From the NCBI GenBank assembly GCA_023129075.1, contig JAGMCT010000001.1, forward strand, positions 2,099 to 66,098: a stretch of DNA of 64,000 nucleotides, in the 5' to 3' direction. The translations under genes and the position numbers were made by a program. Below, piece by piece: positions 26,063 to 35,851 of this stretch. Numbering within the stretch: the stretch's first letter is position 1; every line of letters starts with the position of its first letter. Origin of the DNA: Candidatus Micrarchaeota archaeon. GTDB lineage: Archaea > Micrarchaeota > Micrarchaeia > Anstonellales > Bilamarchaeaceae. Under the pieces are notes generated by a model, which was not told the origin of the DNA, ran no database searches, and saw only the letters and a list, made by a program, of their open reading frames with translations.

Positions 26063-26974
26063 GTATTGTTTGGGAACCTTAAGAGAGGAATCCATGTCCG
26101 AAAGAAAATGAATTACTACTTCTGGATAGATATTTTCAACATTGTATTTTAGGGCAGGACAGCGAACAATCAAATCAAGATATCCTTCCAAAGCCTCTGC
26201 AGGCACGTTTTTTATGGTTCCTAATATGCGGTTGAAAAGGATGCCTGCCTGGACAAACATGGGCATCTGAAGCGGGTGGTTCTCAGATAAATGAGTAGCC
26301 AGGGCACATAAGTTCATTGCCTTTAGAAAAGAAGGTCTTTCATCTGCAAGGATATGGGAGAGGTGTTCTATTAATTCTTTAGAATCCCCTCCATTCTGGA
26401 TGATTTTAACTGCTTCTTGGTATCTAACAGTAAGAACATTGTTGGGGGTGATGCCTTCAGAATCAGTAAGGAAAGCTATGAACTGGTCTTCAGGTAATAT
26501 TATTGTTTTTTGGTGGTTTATCTGGAAAAAACCATAAGCAAGGTCAGAGAGAGCAGGAAAGTTATTTATTCTACTGCAAACATGTCCTTCTGGGATTATA
26601 TCCAACGCGGTTTCTCCTTCCTTTGGAATGATGTCCAAAGCAGTGCCATTGTGATCTATATATACTCTGTGTAATTCATGGGGAATACTATACTCTTCTG
26701 AAAGGATGTGTAATGCTGCTGTCATTGAAACGCAATTTCCACGGCCCGAAAGAAGATAATCCTCAATATTTCCCTGGTTTTCTTGATATTTTCCTTTTTC
26801 TGAACCGCCCCGAAGGCCGTTCCATTTTTTTAGGAAATTGAAAATCTCTACAGCTCTAAATTCTGAATTTCTTTTTCCTTCAGTGGAAAGGTGGGATTTT
26901 TCAAAGAGTCTTTTAACGGATTTTAGGGTATTGGGGTTAACAGCATCTTTGAGTTTTTTTATTTTTATTGACAT
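26054..26974 (-). CDS. Hypothetical protein, possible transglutaminase-like cysteine peptidase fold
   Basis: GRGNCVSMTAALHIL...IPHELHRVYID...EGHVCSRI resembles a Cys/His core; internal duplication GTALDIIPKEGETALDIIPEG. Confidence 0.5.
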   Translation of the reverse strand: MSIKIKKLKDAVNPNTLKSVKRLFEKSHLSTEGKRNSEFRAVEIFNFLKKWNGLRGGSEKGKYQENQGNIEDYLLSGRGNCVSMTAALHILSEEYSIPHELHRVYIDHNGTALDIIPKEGETALDIIPEGHVCSRINNFPALSDLAYGFFQINHQKTIILPEDQFIAFLTDSEGITPNNVLTVRYQEAVKIIQNGGDSKELIEHLSHILADERPSFLKAMNLCALATHLSENHPLQMPMFVQAGILFNRILGTIKNVPAEALEGYLDLIVRCPALKYNVENIYPEVVIHFLSDMDSSLKVPKQYLN

Positions 26975-27013
26975 ATGAATACCTTATGTGTGGAAAAGAA
27001 TAAAAAGGTGCGC

Positions 27014-28201
27014 TTATTTGGTCGTGCCCCATGCAGAGAGGCGCCAGCGCTGGCTAACCCTTCTGCTTATGGCGACTGTTGAACCAGTATCAACACAGAC
27101 TGGCCTTTTGAGCTTGATTGTTAATTCTTTTTTACTGCTTTCAGAAATCGTTCCGATGGTGGTAGTCGTCTGAACAGAGATGACAAGAACCTCTCCTTTC
27201 TTTATGTATGGATTGTTGAAGTCTCTTTTTATCAAATTGTAAGAGATGGAAAGGATATGTGTTGTGTCTGGAAGTTTTTTGGGGGCGCCAATAACGGTAC
27301 CCATAAGAGCATCCCCTTTTGTAAAATAAGGATCAATTGTTGTGCCAACTGCAATAAGCCCCCCTGGATGGGCCTCTTTAAGGGGGCCCCCGTCACAATG
27401 AAGGGAAGAAACCTTACAAACAATTGGATTTATTTTTCCATTGAATTCAAGACCAGGGCGAATTTCAATCTCGTCGCCTACCTTAAGAGTTCCTGAAGAA
27501 AGGGAACCGCCAAAAACCCCGCCTTTAAGTTTCTGAATTGAAGTTCCGGGTTTATTGACATCAAATGAACGGGAAACATAGAGCAATGGGGGGGCGTCTT
27601 TATCTCTCTCAGGAGTAGGAATGAAATTTTCCATTGCTTCTATAACTGAGGAGATATTTATGCTTTTATTAGCCACGACAGGAACTATCGGTGCGTTTTC
27701 TGCAATAGTACCCTTAAGAAATTCCTTTATCTGTTTGTAGTGTATAAGTGCTTCTTCTTTTGAAACAAGGTCTATTTTTGTTTGGATAACAACTATATTT
27801 TTTATACCTAAAATGTTCAAAACCATGAGATGTTCTTCGGTCTGGGGTTGGGGGCAGGATTCATTTGCAGCAATAAGAAGGAACGCTCCATCCATTATGC
27901 TTGAGGCTGAAAGAACTGTTGCCATAAGAGTTTCGTGGCCTGGGGCATCAAGGAAGGAAACCCTTCTTTTCAGGGTTGTTTTGCTTCCGCATGCACATTT
28001 TTCAGAACAAGAATAGGATTTGCATTTTTTGCAGTAATAAATAGAAGCATCAGCATAACCAAGGCGTATGGAGATTCCTCTTTTGAGCTCCTCGCTATGG
28101 GTATCAGTCCACTTGCCTGTGATGGCTTGAGTAAGAGAGGTCTTCCCATGGTCCACGTGGCCCAGGAGACCTATATTAACTTCGGCTTGCAACCCTATCA
28201 C
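27014..28201 (-). CDS. eif2g: Translation initiation factor 2 subunit gamma
   Basis: GHVDHGKTSL G1 motif, DAPGHE, zinc-knuckle cysteines CKKC...CACG. Confidence 0.95.
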   Translation of the reverse strand: MIGLQAEVNIGLLGHVDHGKTSLTQAITGKWTDTHSEELKRGISIRLGYADASIYYCKKCKSYSCSEKCACGSKTTLKRRVSFLDAPGHETLMATVLSASSIMDGAFLLIAANESCPQPQTEEHLMVLNILGIKNIVVIQTKIDLVSKEEALIHYKQIKEFLKGTIAENAPIVPVVANKSINISSVIEAMENFIPTPERDKDAPPLLYVSRSFDVNKPGTSIQKLKGGVFGGSLSSGTLKVGDEIEIRPGLEFNGKINPIVCKVSSLHCDGGPLKEAHPGGLIAVGTTIDPYFTKGDALMGTVIGAPKKLPDTTHILSISYNLIKRDFNNPYIKKGEVLVISVQTTTTIGTISESSKKELTIKLKRPVCVDTGSTVAISRRVSQRWRLSAWGTTK

Positions 28202-28584
28202 TTCTTCTCCTCAGGACCCTTGGGAATCAGGGAATCAAGGGGTTGGGAACCCTGCTTGACAACCTTTGCGTTAACCTGAGTAATATCAGATGAATAAATC
28301 ATTCCCCTGAGAACTTTTCTTTTTCTCTGGCCCTTTCTTTGAGGGTGAAAACCTATTCCCCCTTTGAGAAGTGCCTTGATTTTCCTGCTGCCTGTGACCC
28401 CTGCCCTCATTGGAAAACCGCTGGAATCACTGCCTCCTGTAAGGAGAAAGGTATAATCAGGCAGACCAAGGGAAGCGCCGTCTATTTCATCGCCGGCCTT
28501 CTTTCCAATGATGAATGCTGCCTTCGTATCATCAAGTTCTATTTGATATGTTTTTCCATTTTTGTTTCCGATAACAAGTTTCAA
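28198..28584 (-). CDS. rps6e: 30S ribosomal protein S6e
   Basis: MKLVIGNKNGKTYQIELD..., GGSDSSGFPMR motif; 4-bp overlap with eif2g. Confidence 0.93.
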   Translation of the reverse strand: MKLVIGNKNGKTYQIELDDTKAAFIIGKKAGDEIDGASLGLPDYTFLLTGGSDSSGFPMRAGVTGSRKIKALLKGGIGFHPQRKGQRKRKVLRGMIYSSDITQVNAKVVKQGSQPLDSLIPKGPEEKK

Positions 28585-28630
28585 AGAATCACCTACTTAA
28601 AAAGAAAAAAGAAAGAAAAGAAAAAAGAGA

Positions 28631-28855
28631 TTATGCATTCTTCATTCTTGCCTTGTAAACATAACCGTCCTTACCTACATAATATAGGTAGCCTTTTTCT
28701 TTGCTGATTTTTTCTCCACCAACTCTCTTTTTGCTGCCTTTCTTATTATGCTTCATTGGTACTCTCCAGACATATCCGTCCTTACCTACATAATATAGAT
28801 ATCCTCCTTCTCTTCCAATTTTTTCTCTACCAATTCTTGTTCCCATTATATTCAC
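28631..28855 (-). CDS. Small basic protein with two tandem (R/K)E(G/K)GYLYYVGKDGYV repeats
   Basis: Internal repeat read directly: IGREGGYLYYVGKDGYVWRVPMK and ISKEKGYLYYVGKDGYVYKARMK. Confidence 0.6.
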   Translation of the reverse strand: MNIMGTRIGREKIGREGGYLYYVGKDGYVWRVPMKHNKKGSKKRVGGEKISKEKGYLYYVGKDGYVYKARMKNA

Positions 28856-28935
28856 CTCAAAAGGTTATTTGAATATACATCGAAACGGAAATGTTAATAA
28901 AGCTATCGGCGGATACGACGGCCTTCTGAGCCCAT

Positions 28936-30288
28936 TCAGAAAAACCAGGGAGCGAAATTGAGCAGAAATGAGATTACTACAACGACAGCGATGCCAGTAA
29001 CTATGGACTTATTTTTTAGATTGAGTTCCAGAAGACGGTAGCCATCAAAAAAAGGAAGCGGAAGCAGATTAACAACTCCGACGATGAAGTTAAGGGCGAA
29101 GGTTAGGAGAAGAAAGGATTTTATAAAAGAAAGAATAGGGGAATTGAAAATATAGTAAACCGGGGATGAGAGGGAAAGATAAAGAATACCAAGTTTTCCT
29201 TCCTCATTGGTTTGTTTTTTTATCTCCCCATAATTTGTAGTGAGGATGACTTCTGTATTCGGTTGGACGCTTATGTTTATTTCGCCGTCAACCGGCTGGC
29301 CATTTATTGAATAAACTATTGTATCGTTGTGCTCAAGGCCGGAGACTACTAAAATTCCTTCTTCCCTGAAAGGTTCGGCAATAAAGAGAAATGAGAATAA
29401 AAGAGCAAAGAAAAATAAAGAAGCTAAGAAATTTGAGGTTGAACCTGCAACAAGGACCCTAGATTGTATGTAATCTGGTTTTTTTGCAAGTTGTTTTTCA
29501 TCAGGTTCAATAAAAGCACCTATAGGGAGGGAACCAAAAAGCACGATTCCTGAGGAGAGAAGTCTTACCCTGCCCAAAACCGCAAGGACTGCATGAGCAC
29601 CTTCATGCACTAACAAAATTACCATAAGTGCCAGTATCCCTTCTACAAATGGGAGATTTACTCCTGGGAGGAGAAGTGTTGCCCCCGGAGCTGTTGTTGC
29701 CATCTCACCAGTTCCATAGAATAATGTCCGGAATATAACCAAGAGAATGGAAGCGCCGTAACCTACAATGGCCAGGGTTACGAGGAGGGCAAAACCACCG
29801 AGCAGAATCATAGGAAAACCAAGGAATGCTAAAGGCGAGGCATCGGTTTTATGGGTGGTTAAACCAAGGTCCAGAATGGATGTGAGTGAGGGATAGACAA
29901 AAGGGGAAAGAACAGTAGCAAAAAAAACAAGAAGAAGAAGGCCTGCGATAATGATGGGAATCTTCTTCCCAGCAGGACGGTGAATGAAGAAAAAGGAAGA
30001 AAGGCCGTAAGAAAGAACCATTCCTAAATCTGCAAAAAGATTCCAGAATCTTTCGTGCTTTGCCAGGGATTTTATCTGATTAATTCCTTTTTGCGTGCGG
30101 AGGAGGATAAGGCTTGAGTCTCCTTTTATATCTGTGTATTTTATGAGAATCTTACCTGTAATATAAAGTTGGGCTATTGAAATGAAGAACTTCCATAGAA
30201 CAGCGAGGTCTGAAACTACTGTGAAGTAAAGACCTGCGAGAGAAAGGAATATTATTATGTATTTGAGATAAGGTCTGAAGGAATCCAT
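28936..30288 (-). CDS. Site-2 protease (M50) family membrane metalloprotease with embedded PDZ-like segment
   Basis: HEGAHAV (HExxH) in a TM helix, polytopic profile, C-terminal NLLPLPFFDGY motif. Confidence 0.85.
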   Translation of the reverse strand: MDSFRPYLKYIIIFLSLAGLYFTVVSDLAVLWKFFISIAQLYITGKILIKYTDIKGDSSLILLRTQKGINQIKSLAKHERFWNLFADLGMVLSYGLSSFFFIHRPAGKKIPIIIAGLLLLVFFATVLSPFVYPSLTSILDLGLTTHKTDASPLAFLGFPMILLGGFALLVTLAIVGYGASILLVIFRTLFYGTGEMATTAPGATLLLPGVNLPFVEGILALMVILLVHEGAHAVLAVLGRVRLLSSGIVLFGSLPIGAFIEPDEKQLAKKPDYIQSRVLVAGSTSNFLASLFFFALLFSFLFIAEPFREEGILVVSGLEHNDTIVYSINGQPVDGEINISVQPNTEVILTTNYGEIKKQTNEEGKLGILYLSLSSPVYYIFNSPILSFIKSFLLLTFALNFIVGVVNLLPLPFFDGYRLLELNLKNKSIVTGIAVVVVISFLLNFAPWFF

Positions 30289-30323
30289 AGGGGAATTAAA
30301 AGGAGGGGATTTTAAAAGGGCAT

Positions 30324-30341
30324 ATGTAACTATAGTTACAT
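30324..30341. repeat. 18-bp perfect palindrome ATGTAACTATAGTTACAT, copy 1
   Basis: Exact match. Lies between the divergent starts of the M50 protease (30288) and the CorA-like gene (30391). Confidence 0.95.
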
Positions 30342-30390
30342 TGCCAGGAAAAGGGAATATTTAAAAAGAACCTGTTCTGAAAAAAATAGT

Positions 30391-31224
30391 ATGATTGAGC
30401 GTTTTGATGTGTTTTCCAAATTTAAGGAAAGACTCCAAAAATTAGGTGTGAGCGGAGACCTCTCAATGCTCGAGGATTTGAAAATCATATTTTATGAGGT
30501 TTATGATAAGTATGTAATAATTAACATACCTGGTTTTAACGGAAAGGCAAACCATGTCCTTTACTTGTCAAAAGATGCAAACCTTACTTACCCTGCAAAA
30601 CTAAAAACCAAGGCAAGGTTGAAACTTTCAAAGATAAAAGGAAAAAAAGATATTGAAAGCACCCTTCTTGCATATGAGGTTTTCAACACAACACTTGAAA
30701 ATTATTACTCAAAATACAGATTGCTTGCTGAGAAAATAGAGGACCTTCATGATGATCCAAATATAGATATTGTGGAGGATGTTGCAAAGAGAATAAGGAC
30801 AACCTCTGATATTGTAGAGGACTTGCTTAAATTGTTCCTTGAAATTGAAGATGGTGAAATTGATTTCATAAACCCCAAAATCATTCCTTATGAGTTCGAC
30901 TTATTGGTTGCAAGAACCAATCATCTTGTAGACAGAATCAGGAACCTGAAAAAGGAGATAAATATATTGAGAACAAAATGTGAAATGGTTGAAACGAAAA
31001 CTCTTAGTAAAAGGATTGAACTGTTAACAAAGGTGATGGCAGTCCTGACAATAGTGGGTGTGATTATCTCCGTGCCGAACACCCTCGCAACTGTTTTTGG
31101 TGTGAAGAGTATTGCGGATTTATTTACCATAGAGAATATGTTTTGGATAATGGTTTGGGGGACCATTGTTTCGGTGGTGGCATCCTTAATCTATATGAAA
31201 ATGTATCTTAAAAAGGTGTTTTGA
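30391..31224 (+). CDS. CorA-like membrane protein lacking the GMN motif
   Basis: Cytoplasmic helical domain plus two C-terminal TM helices. VFGVKS occupies the position of the CorA YGMNF motif. Confidence 0.7.
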   Translation: MIERFDVFSKFKERLQKLGVSGDLSMLEDLKIIFYEVYDKYVIINIPGFNGKANHVLYLSKDANLTYPAKLKTKARLKLSKIKGKKDIESTLLAYEVFNTTLENYYSKYRLLAEKIEDLHDDPNIDIVEDVAKRIRTTSDIVEDLLKLFLEIEDGEIDFINPKIIPYEFDLLVARTNHLVDRIRNLKKEINILRTKCEMVETKTLSKRIELLTKVMAVLTIVGVIISVPNTLATVFGVKSIADLFTIENMFWIMVWGTIVSVVASLIYMKMYLKKVF

Positions 31225-31508
31225 TGGAAAGGGTTATCCTTTTTCCATGCGCAACAATCAAATCTATTGAATTAAGAGCGAGAGCTGCGGTGGATATGAA
31301 AAAGATTGATAAATGGATTGAAAAATATGCTGAAGAGATACTTAAAAATGAACTCTTTTTATCTTTTTTATATAAGGACAAGGCGTACACCCTGTTCTTC
31401 AAACCCATGAAGATAACCTTGAAGGATGTTGGAAAAGAAGAAGGAGAAAGGCTTATTAATGAAATATACGATATATTTGTGAAGGGGAGAATTTTGTATG
31501 AAAATTGA
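31221..31508 (+). CDS. Hypothetical protein
   Basis: 95-aa ORF, 4-bp overlap upstream and 11-bp overlap downstream. Confidence 0.55.
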   Translation: MMERVILFPCATIKSIELRARAAVDMKKIDKWIEKYAEEILKNELFLSFLYKDKAYTLFFKPMKITLKDVGKEEGERLINEIYDIFVKGRILYEN

Positions 31509-32175
31509 TTTCCATGTGCATACCAATGCATCTGTAGATTCTTCAATAGATGTGAGAGACCTGCTTATGAAGGCAAAAAAGGTTGGGATAATCCCAGCCA
31601 TAACAAATCATAATAAACTTGTTTTTCCAAAGAGAACCTTTCCATACATACCTGGAGAAGAGATAATGACTGAAGACGGAGAGGTTATTGGTTTGTTTTT
31701 GAACGAGGAGATAAAATCCAAACTTTCATTAGGAGAAACTCTTGACAAGATAAGGGAACAGGGTGCACTTTCAGTTGCTCCGCATCCCTTTTCTCCTTTA
31801 AGGCATGGGATTGGAATGCACTCTAAGGGAGTAGATATAATTGAGGTATTTAATGGAAGACAGCATCCGGATACAGATGAACTGGCTGAGAGGTTTGCAA
31901 AGGAATGGAAAAAACCCATAGTTGGCGGTTCTGATGCACATTTCCTTTTTGAGTTCGGCCGTTGTTATACTGAAATCCCGGACATGGAACTTGAACCAAA
32001 AAAGATACTGCGGGCTTTGAAAAAACCAAAAATACATAGATATAAAACTAATTTTGCAAGATTGCAGGCTGCCAAGCTTGCGTTTAAAATGAAACAGGTG
32101 AGCAGGGGGCAGAATCCATTTTATCCTGCCAGCCAGACAAAACAAAAGATATTTAAAAAAAGAGCAAGGAAATAA
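31498..32175 (+). CDS. PHP-domain metal-dependent phosphoesterase
   Basis: IDFHVHTNASVDS, SVAPHPF, GGSDAHF motifs. Confidence 0.85.
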   Translation: MKIDFHVHTNASVDSSIDVRDLLMKAKKVGIIPAITNHNKLVFPKRTFPYIPGEEIMTEDGEVIGLFLNEEIKSKLSLGETLDKIREQGALSVAPHPFSPLRHGIGMHSKGVDIIEVFNGRQHPDTDELAERFAKEWKKPIVGGSDAHFLFEFGRCYTEIPDMELEPKKILRALKKPKIHRYKTNFARLQAAKLAFKMKQVSRGQNPFYPASQTKQKIFKKRARK

Positions 32176-32179
32176 ACCT

Positions 32180-35100
32180 ATGAAAAAAATTTTTCTTATT
32201 ATGCTTGTTTTGAGTTTGGTTAGTGCTGTTTCAGAAAATTATGAAAGGCCCTGGGAAAATCCTTATTGGATGAACGGCAATCCGTATGTAAAAGAGACAT
32301 GGGGGTATGTGGTATCGGATTACGAAACGCTCACGCCTTTATTAGAAAAAATAAATTTTGATGAACTGGAAGAAAAGGGAGTGTGTGTTGCGCAGGCAGA
32401 AAGGGAGATAGATGATGTTTTATTGAAAAGGGAGAAGTGCGAGGAGTTTCATTCCATCGAACGGCTTGGACAGGAGAGTTTCACCATTGCAACAATTGGT
32501 TTGGTTGGGGGAATAATACCTACTGCTTTTGTAACGTTATGGATCAGTGGAGAAAGACTAAACCTCACCCTTGAATGTGTGGAGTATTGGGGGGAATGGA
32601 AAGAAGCTGCAGATGCTCAAATTGAGATTGTTGAAACGGAAGCGCGGGAATACAATAATGTATATGAAAAAAGGGAAATTGCAAAAAAAAGTCTTGAGAA
32701 AAGCGGGGCATGCCAGCAATCCTTCATTCTTTATGAAGAAGAAGTGTGTATGTACGAATGGATAGATATTGAATGCAATGGAAGCGGAATGAATGAATAT
32801 GCTCCGGATTTCAGTTGGATTGAAGAGTGTGTTCTTGAAATGAACGAAGGAAAAGAAAGGATGGAACAACAAGCATATGAAATGGAAGAACGCTTGGAAG
32901 CATTGGAACAATTCTACTACGAAAAAAGATTTGAAGCTGAGCAAAAAAAAGAGCAGACCAAAAACAATCTGTTGGAACTTGAAGAAGAAAAATTACAGAA
33001 AATAACAAGACAGGTCATCCTTGAAGGGGAATTTATAGATTTCGGGGATATAAAAACAACATATGAACAATTGGTGAAGATGAAAAACAGCGGAGATTAT
33101 CTTCTTGAAGATGGAAAAAATAGATATTCATATGGAGGCTCCTTTTATTTGAAGGAAGGAATTGAATACACTGAATCAGCAATACAACTCTATAATAGCA
33201 TAAATGAAGGAAAAGAGGGGTTGCTGGACAACGCAGAGGTTGTTGTTGAGATTATAAGGGAGGAAGCACGCCAGAAAATCCAGGAGGTTGAAGATGACGG
33301 GGGAATTGTTGAAGAAGCAAATGAAAGATATGAAAAAGCGGTGCAGGAATTTGAAGCAGGGGAGGTATCTGAAGAACTTGGAAATAGTTTTGTCCATTAT
33401 ATAAATGCATTTTTTTATGCTGAGGAAGCGCTGGAAATCAATAAAAATAAGGTGGATTTGGAGAAAATAGAAGCAGGCATAAAAGAGATTGAAGATTTGA
33501 TAAGCAGAGCTGAAGCAGATGAAATAAATATTTACATAGAAAAACAACAGCTGGAGAGTATAAAGAATTCAAAGGATGTTTATGGGTTGGGAAAACTCAG
33601 AGGAATAAAAAGTAGTATTGAAGAAAAAGCGCTTGTAAAATACGGGCGCCTGCAAACCAAACGACAGGAACTGATTGGTTGGATTGAGGCCGGCGGGGCA
33701 GATTTTGAGAAATATAGGATAGAGATAAGAAGTGTTGAAGGAGTTTGTGGTGGGGAAAATGAGCTTGACCTAATCTGCGCAATAGGCAATCTAAAAGAGA
33801 TAAGTATAACTTACCTTGAAGTGGAGCAGGATTTGAAAGAGAAGAAAGGGGAGATTATTGAAAACGGACTTATTGTAAAATCAGAGGAATATATCGGGGT
33901 TGTTGAACTGGATGAAAAAGGGGATTTGTTCTTGGAGGTAATAATAGACAATCCTTTCAAGCTTAGCGCAGAAAATGTGGTTGTGGAAATTATTGGGGTT
34001 GAAGGTTATGATGAAAATGATATTATGGGGGGGAGTGAACAGGTTAATGGTGTTGTTAGTGTAAAAGGAAATCTTAAGATTTATCTTAAAGAAATTAAAG
34101 AAAATGAACATTTGTTATTGCGATTTGAAAAAGAAGAGGTTGTTTGCTATGTTGAAGAGGAAGAGAGTTATGGAACTGGAGAAGGTTATGGAATTGCAAG
34201 AATTTATAGGGAAATAGATTTGGTATGTACACGCGATGCTTCTGGTCTTGTGCTGCCAGAAGGGTGGAACAATTGGGAATTAAACGGAAAAAAAGGAACG
34301 GGCAATATAATAAAAAGGACAATAAGAACGGGGGACCACGAACTAAAAATAGAGTTTTTGATTGAGGATGCCTACAACATAACTAAAAAAAATTATTTCA
34401 CAAACACACTTGGTTTTACAACAACTGTAGAATGTGATGTAGAAATAAAAAGCAGCTACTCTTTGGATACTGTGGTAATTTTTCTTAGTGGTGTTGATGA
34501 AAATGCAGAAAACATACGGGTTTTTGCGTATACTGGAGAAACTGTTAGGAATAAGGACCTCCTAGCTGGGGGCATCTTAACGTTCATGGTGAGAGATGTA
34601 GAGGGTGTTGTTTTAGTTAGGGTAAAATATGATATAAAGAATATAAGTAATAAAGTTGAGGAGAAATTAGATGAAATAGCTGTGTTTGTAGAACAGAACA
34701 ATATTACTGGAAAGGAAAGTGAAATTGAAGAAATAAATGAATTAGTTAAAGTAGGGGAATATGATGAAGCTTATGTAAAAGCCAATGAAGTTTACGATGA
34801 TGTGCTCAAGGAGATAAAAGAAAGAGAAAAGTATGAACGGATGTGCAAACGGGAGATGAATCAGATAAAAGAGGAAGTATTGGAACTTGAAAGGTGTGTT
34901 GGGAATATTATAGAATATGGATTGGAAGACGAAACATCTTTGGAAATAAACGCAAGGAAAAATTATTTGGATGGATTGATTGAAACGATGGTTTGTTCGG
35001 TAAATCCGGGAGCAACATATCTGGAGCTAAAGGATGTAGATACTAATTGGAATACAAAAAAGGCGAAATCAGCTGGCAAAGAATTGAAAAAAGAATATAA

Positions 35101-35851
35101 TGAAGCCAAAGATTTATGGTTAGGGAAAGGAGGTAATGAAACAATAAGAACAAAACTCAACAAAGTAAATGGTTATTTAATTGAGTTATCTGCCACAACA
35201 GACCTGTATTACTGGGTAGAAGCAAGAAACCTGCTGAATTCTGTGAATAAGATGTTGAGTACAACGCCAAGCAAAAACAATATTGAAGAAGAGTATGGGG
35301 AAGAATTGAGTACGGCAAAGAACAATAAGGTTGAATATATGGAAGAATATAATGAAGCAAAAGGGACGGATTTTGAAAAACTTTTTAGCCTCAGTTCCAA
35401 CGAGATAAAAGTAAGGATAGATGAGGCTGATGACGAAGCAAGCGCAGGAAATTTGGATGAACTTAAGGAACTAAATGGTATTATGGAGGGTGAGATTGAT
35501 TTAATCCGAAAAGAGGCCGGAAAAAAATATGAAAGTTTGGAAGAACGGATTGGAGAAGTGAGAAATGAGATAAAAAATGAATATATAGAAGAGGCAACAA
35601 AATACCTCGCAAATGCCAAGGATTATTATGAGAAAGAAAAGTATGTCAAAAGTCTTAAGGAAACTTCTATGGGATATGAAAAATTGAATGTTGGTTTTAA
35701 GGAAAGAGAAAAAGGAATGGAGGGGATAATAGTTTTAGTGCTGACTGGATTGGTTATTGTGGGTGGAATAGTCCTCTATGTTTTGAATAAGAAAGAAAAG
35801 AAAGGAGGAAAAAAACAACTGAAAAAATTAAAGAAAGGAAGTGATATCTAA
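32180..35851 (+). CDS. Giant (1223 aa) secreted, glutamate/lysine-rich coiled-coil surface protein with C-terminal TM anchor
   Basis: Signal peptide MKKIFLIMLVLSLVSAVS; C-terminal GIIVLVLTGLVIVGGIVLYVL followed by a basic tail; scattered Cys pairs. Confidence 0.85.
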   Translation: MKKIFLIMLVLSLVSAVSENYERPWENPYWMNGNPYVKETWGYVVSDYETLTPLLEKINFDELEEKGVCVAQAEREIDDVLLKREKCEEFHSIERLGQESFTIATIGLVGGIIPTAFVTLWISGERLNLTLECVEYWGEWKEAADAQIEIVETEAREYNNVYEKREIAKKSLEKSGACQQSFILYEEEVCMYEWIDIECNGSGMNEYAPDFSWIEECVLEMNEGKERMEQQAYEMEERLEALEQFYYEKRFEAEQKKEQTKNNLLELEEEKLQKITRQVILEGEFIDFGDIKTTYEQLVKMKNSGDYLLEDGKNRYSYGGSFYLKEGIEYTESAIQLYNSINEGKEGLLDNAEVVVEIIREEARQKIQEVEDDGGIVEEANERYEKAVQEFEAGEVSEELGNSFVHYINAFFYAEEALEINKNKVDLEKIEAGIKEIEDLISRAEADEINIYIEKQQLESIKNSKDVYGLGKLRGIKSSIEEKALVKYGRLQTKRQELIGWIEAGGADFEKYRIEIRSVEGVCGGENELDLICAIGNLKEISITYLEVEQDLKEKKGEIIENGLIVKSEEYIGVVELDEKGDLFLEVIIDNPFKLSAENVVVEIIGVEGYDENDIMGGSEQVNGVVSVKGNLKIYLKEIKENEHLLLRFEKEEVVCYVEEEESYGTGEGYGIARIYREIDLVCTRDASGLVLPEGWNNWELNGKKGTGNIIKRTIRTGDHELKIEFLIEDAYNITKKNYFTNTLGFTTTVECDVEIKSSYSLDTVVIFLSGVDENAENIRVFAYTGETVRNKDLLAGGILTFMVRDVEGVVLVRVKYDIKNISNKVEEKLDEIAVFVEQNNITGKESEIEEINELVKVGEYDEAYVKANEVYDDVLKEIKEREKYERMCKREMNQIKEEVLELERCVGNIIEYGLEDETSLEINARKNYLDGLIETMVCSVNPGATYLELKDVDTNWNTKKAKSAGKELKKEYNEAKDLWLGKGGNETIRTKLNKVNGYLIELSATTDLYYWVEARNLLNSVNKMLSTTPSKNNIEEEYGEELSTAKNNKVEYMEEYNEAKGTDFEKLFSLSSNEIKVRIDEADDEASAGNLDELKELNGIMEGEIDLIRKEAGKKYESLEERIGEVRNEIKNEYIEEATKYLANAKDYYEKEKYVKSLKETSMGYEKLNVGFKEREKGMEGIIVLVLTGLVIVGGIVLYVLNKKEKKGGKKQLKKLKKGSDI

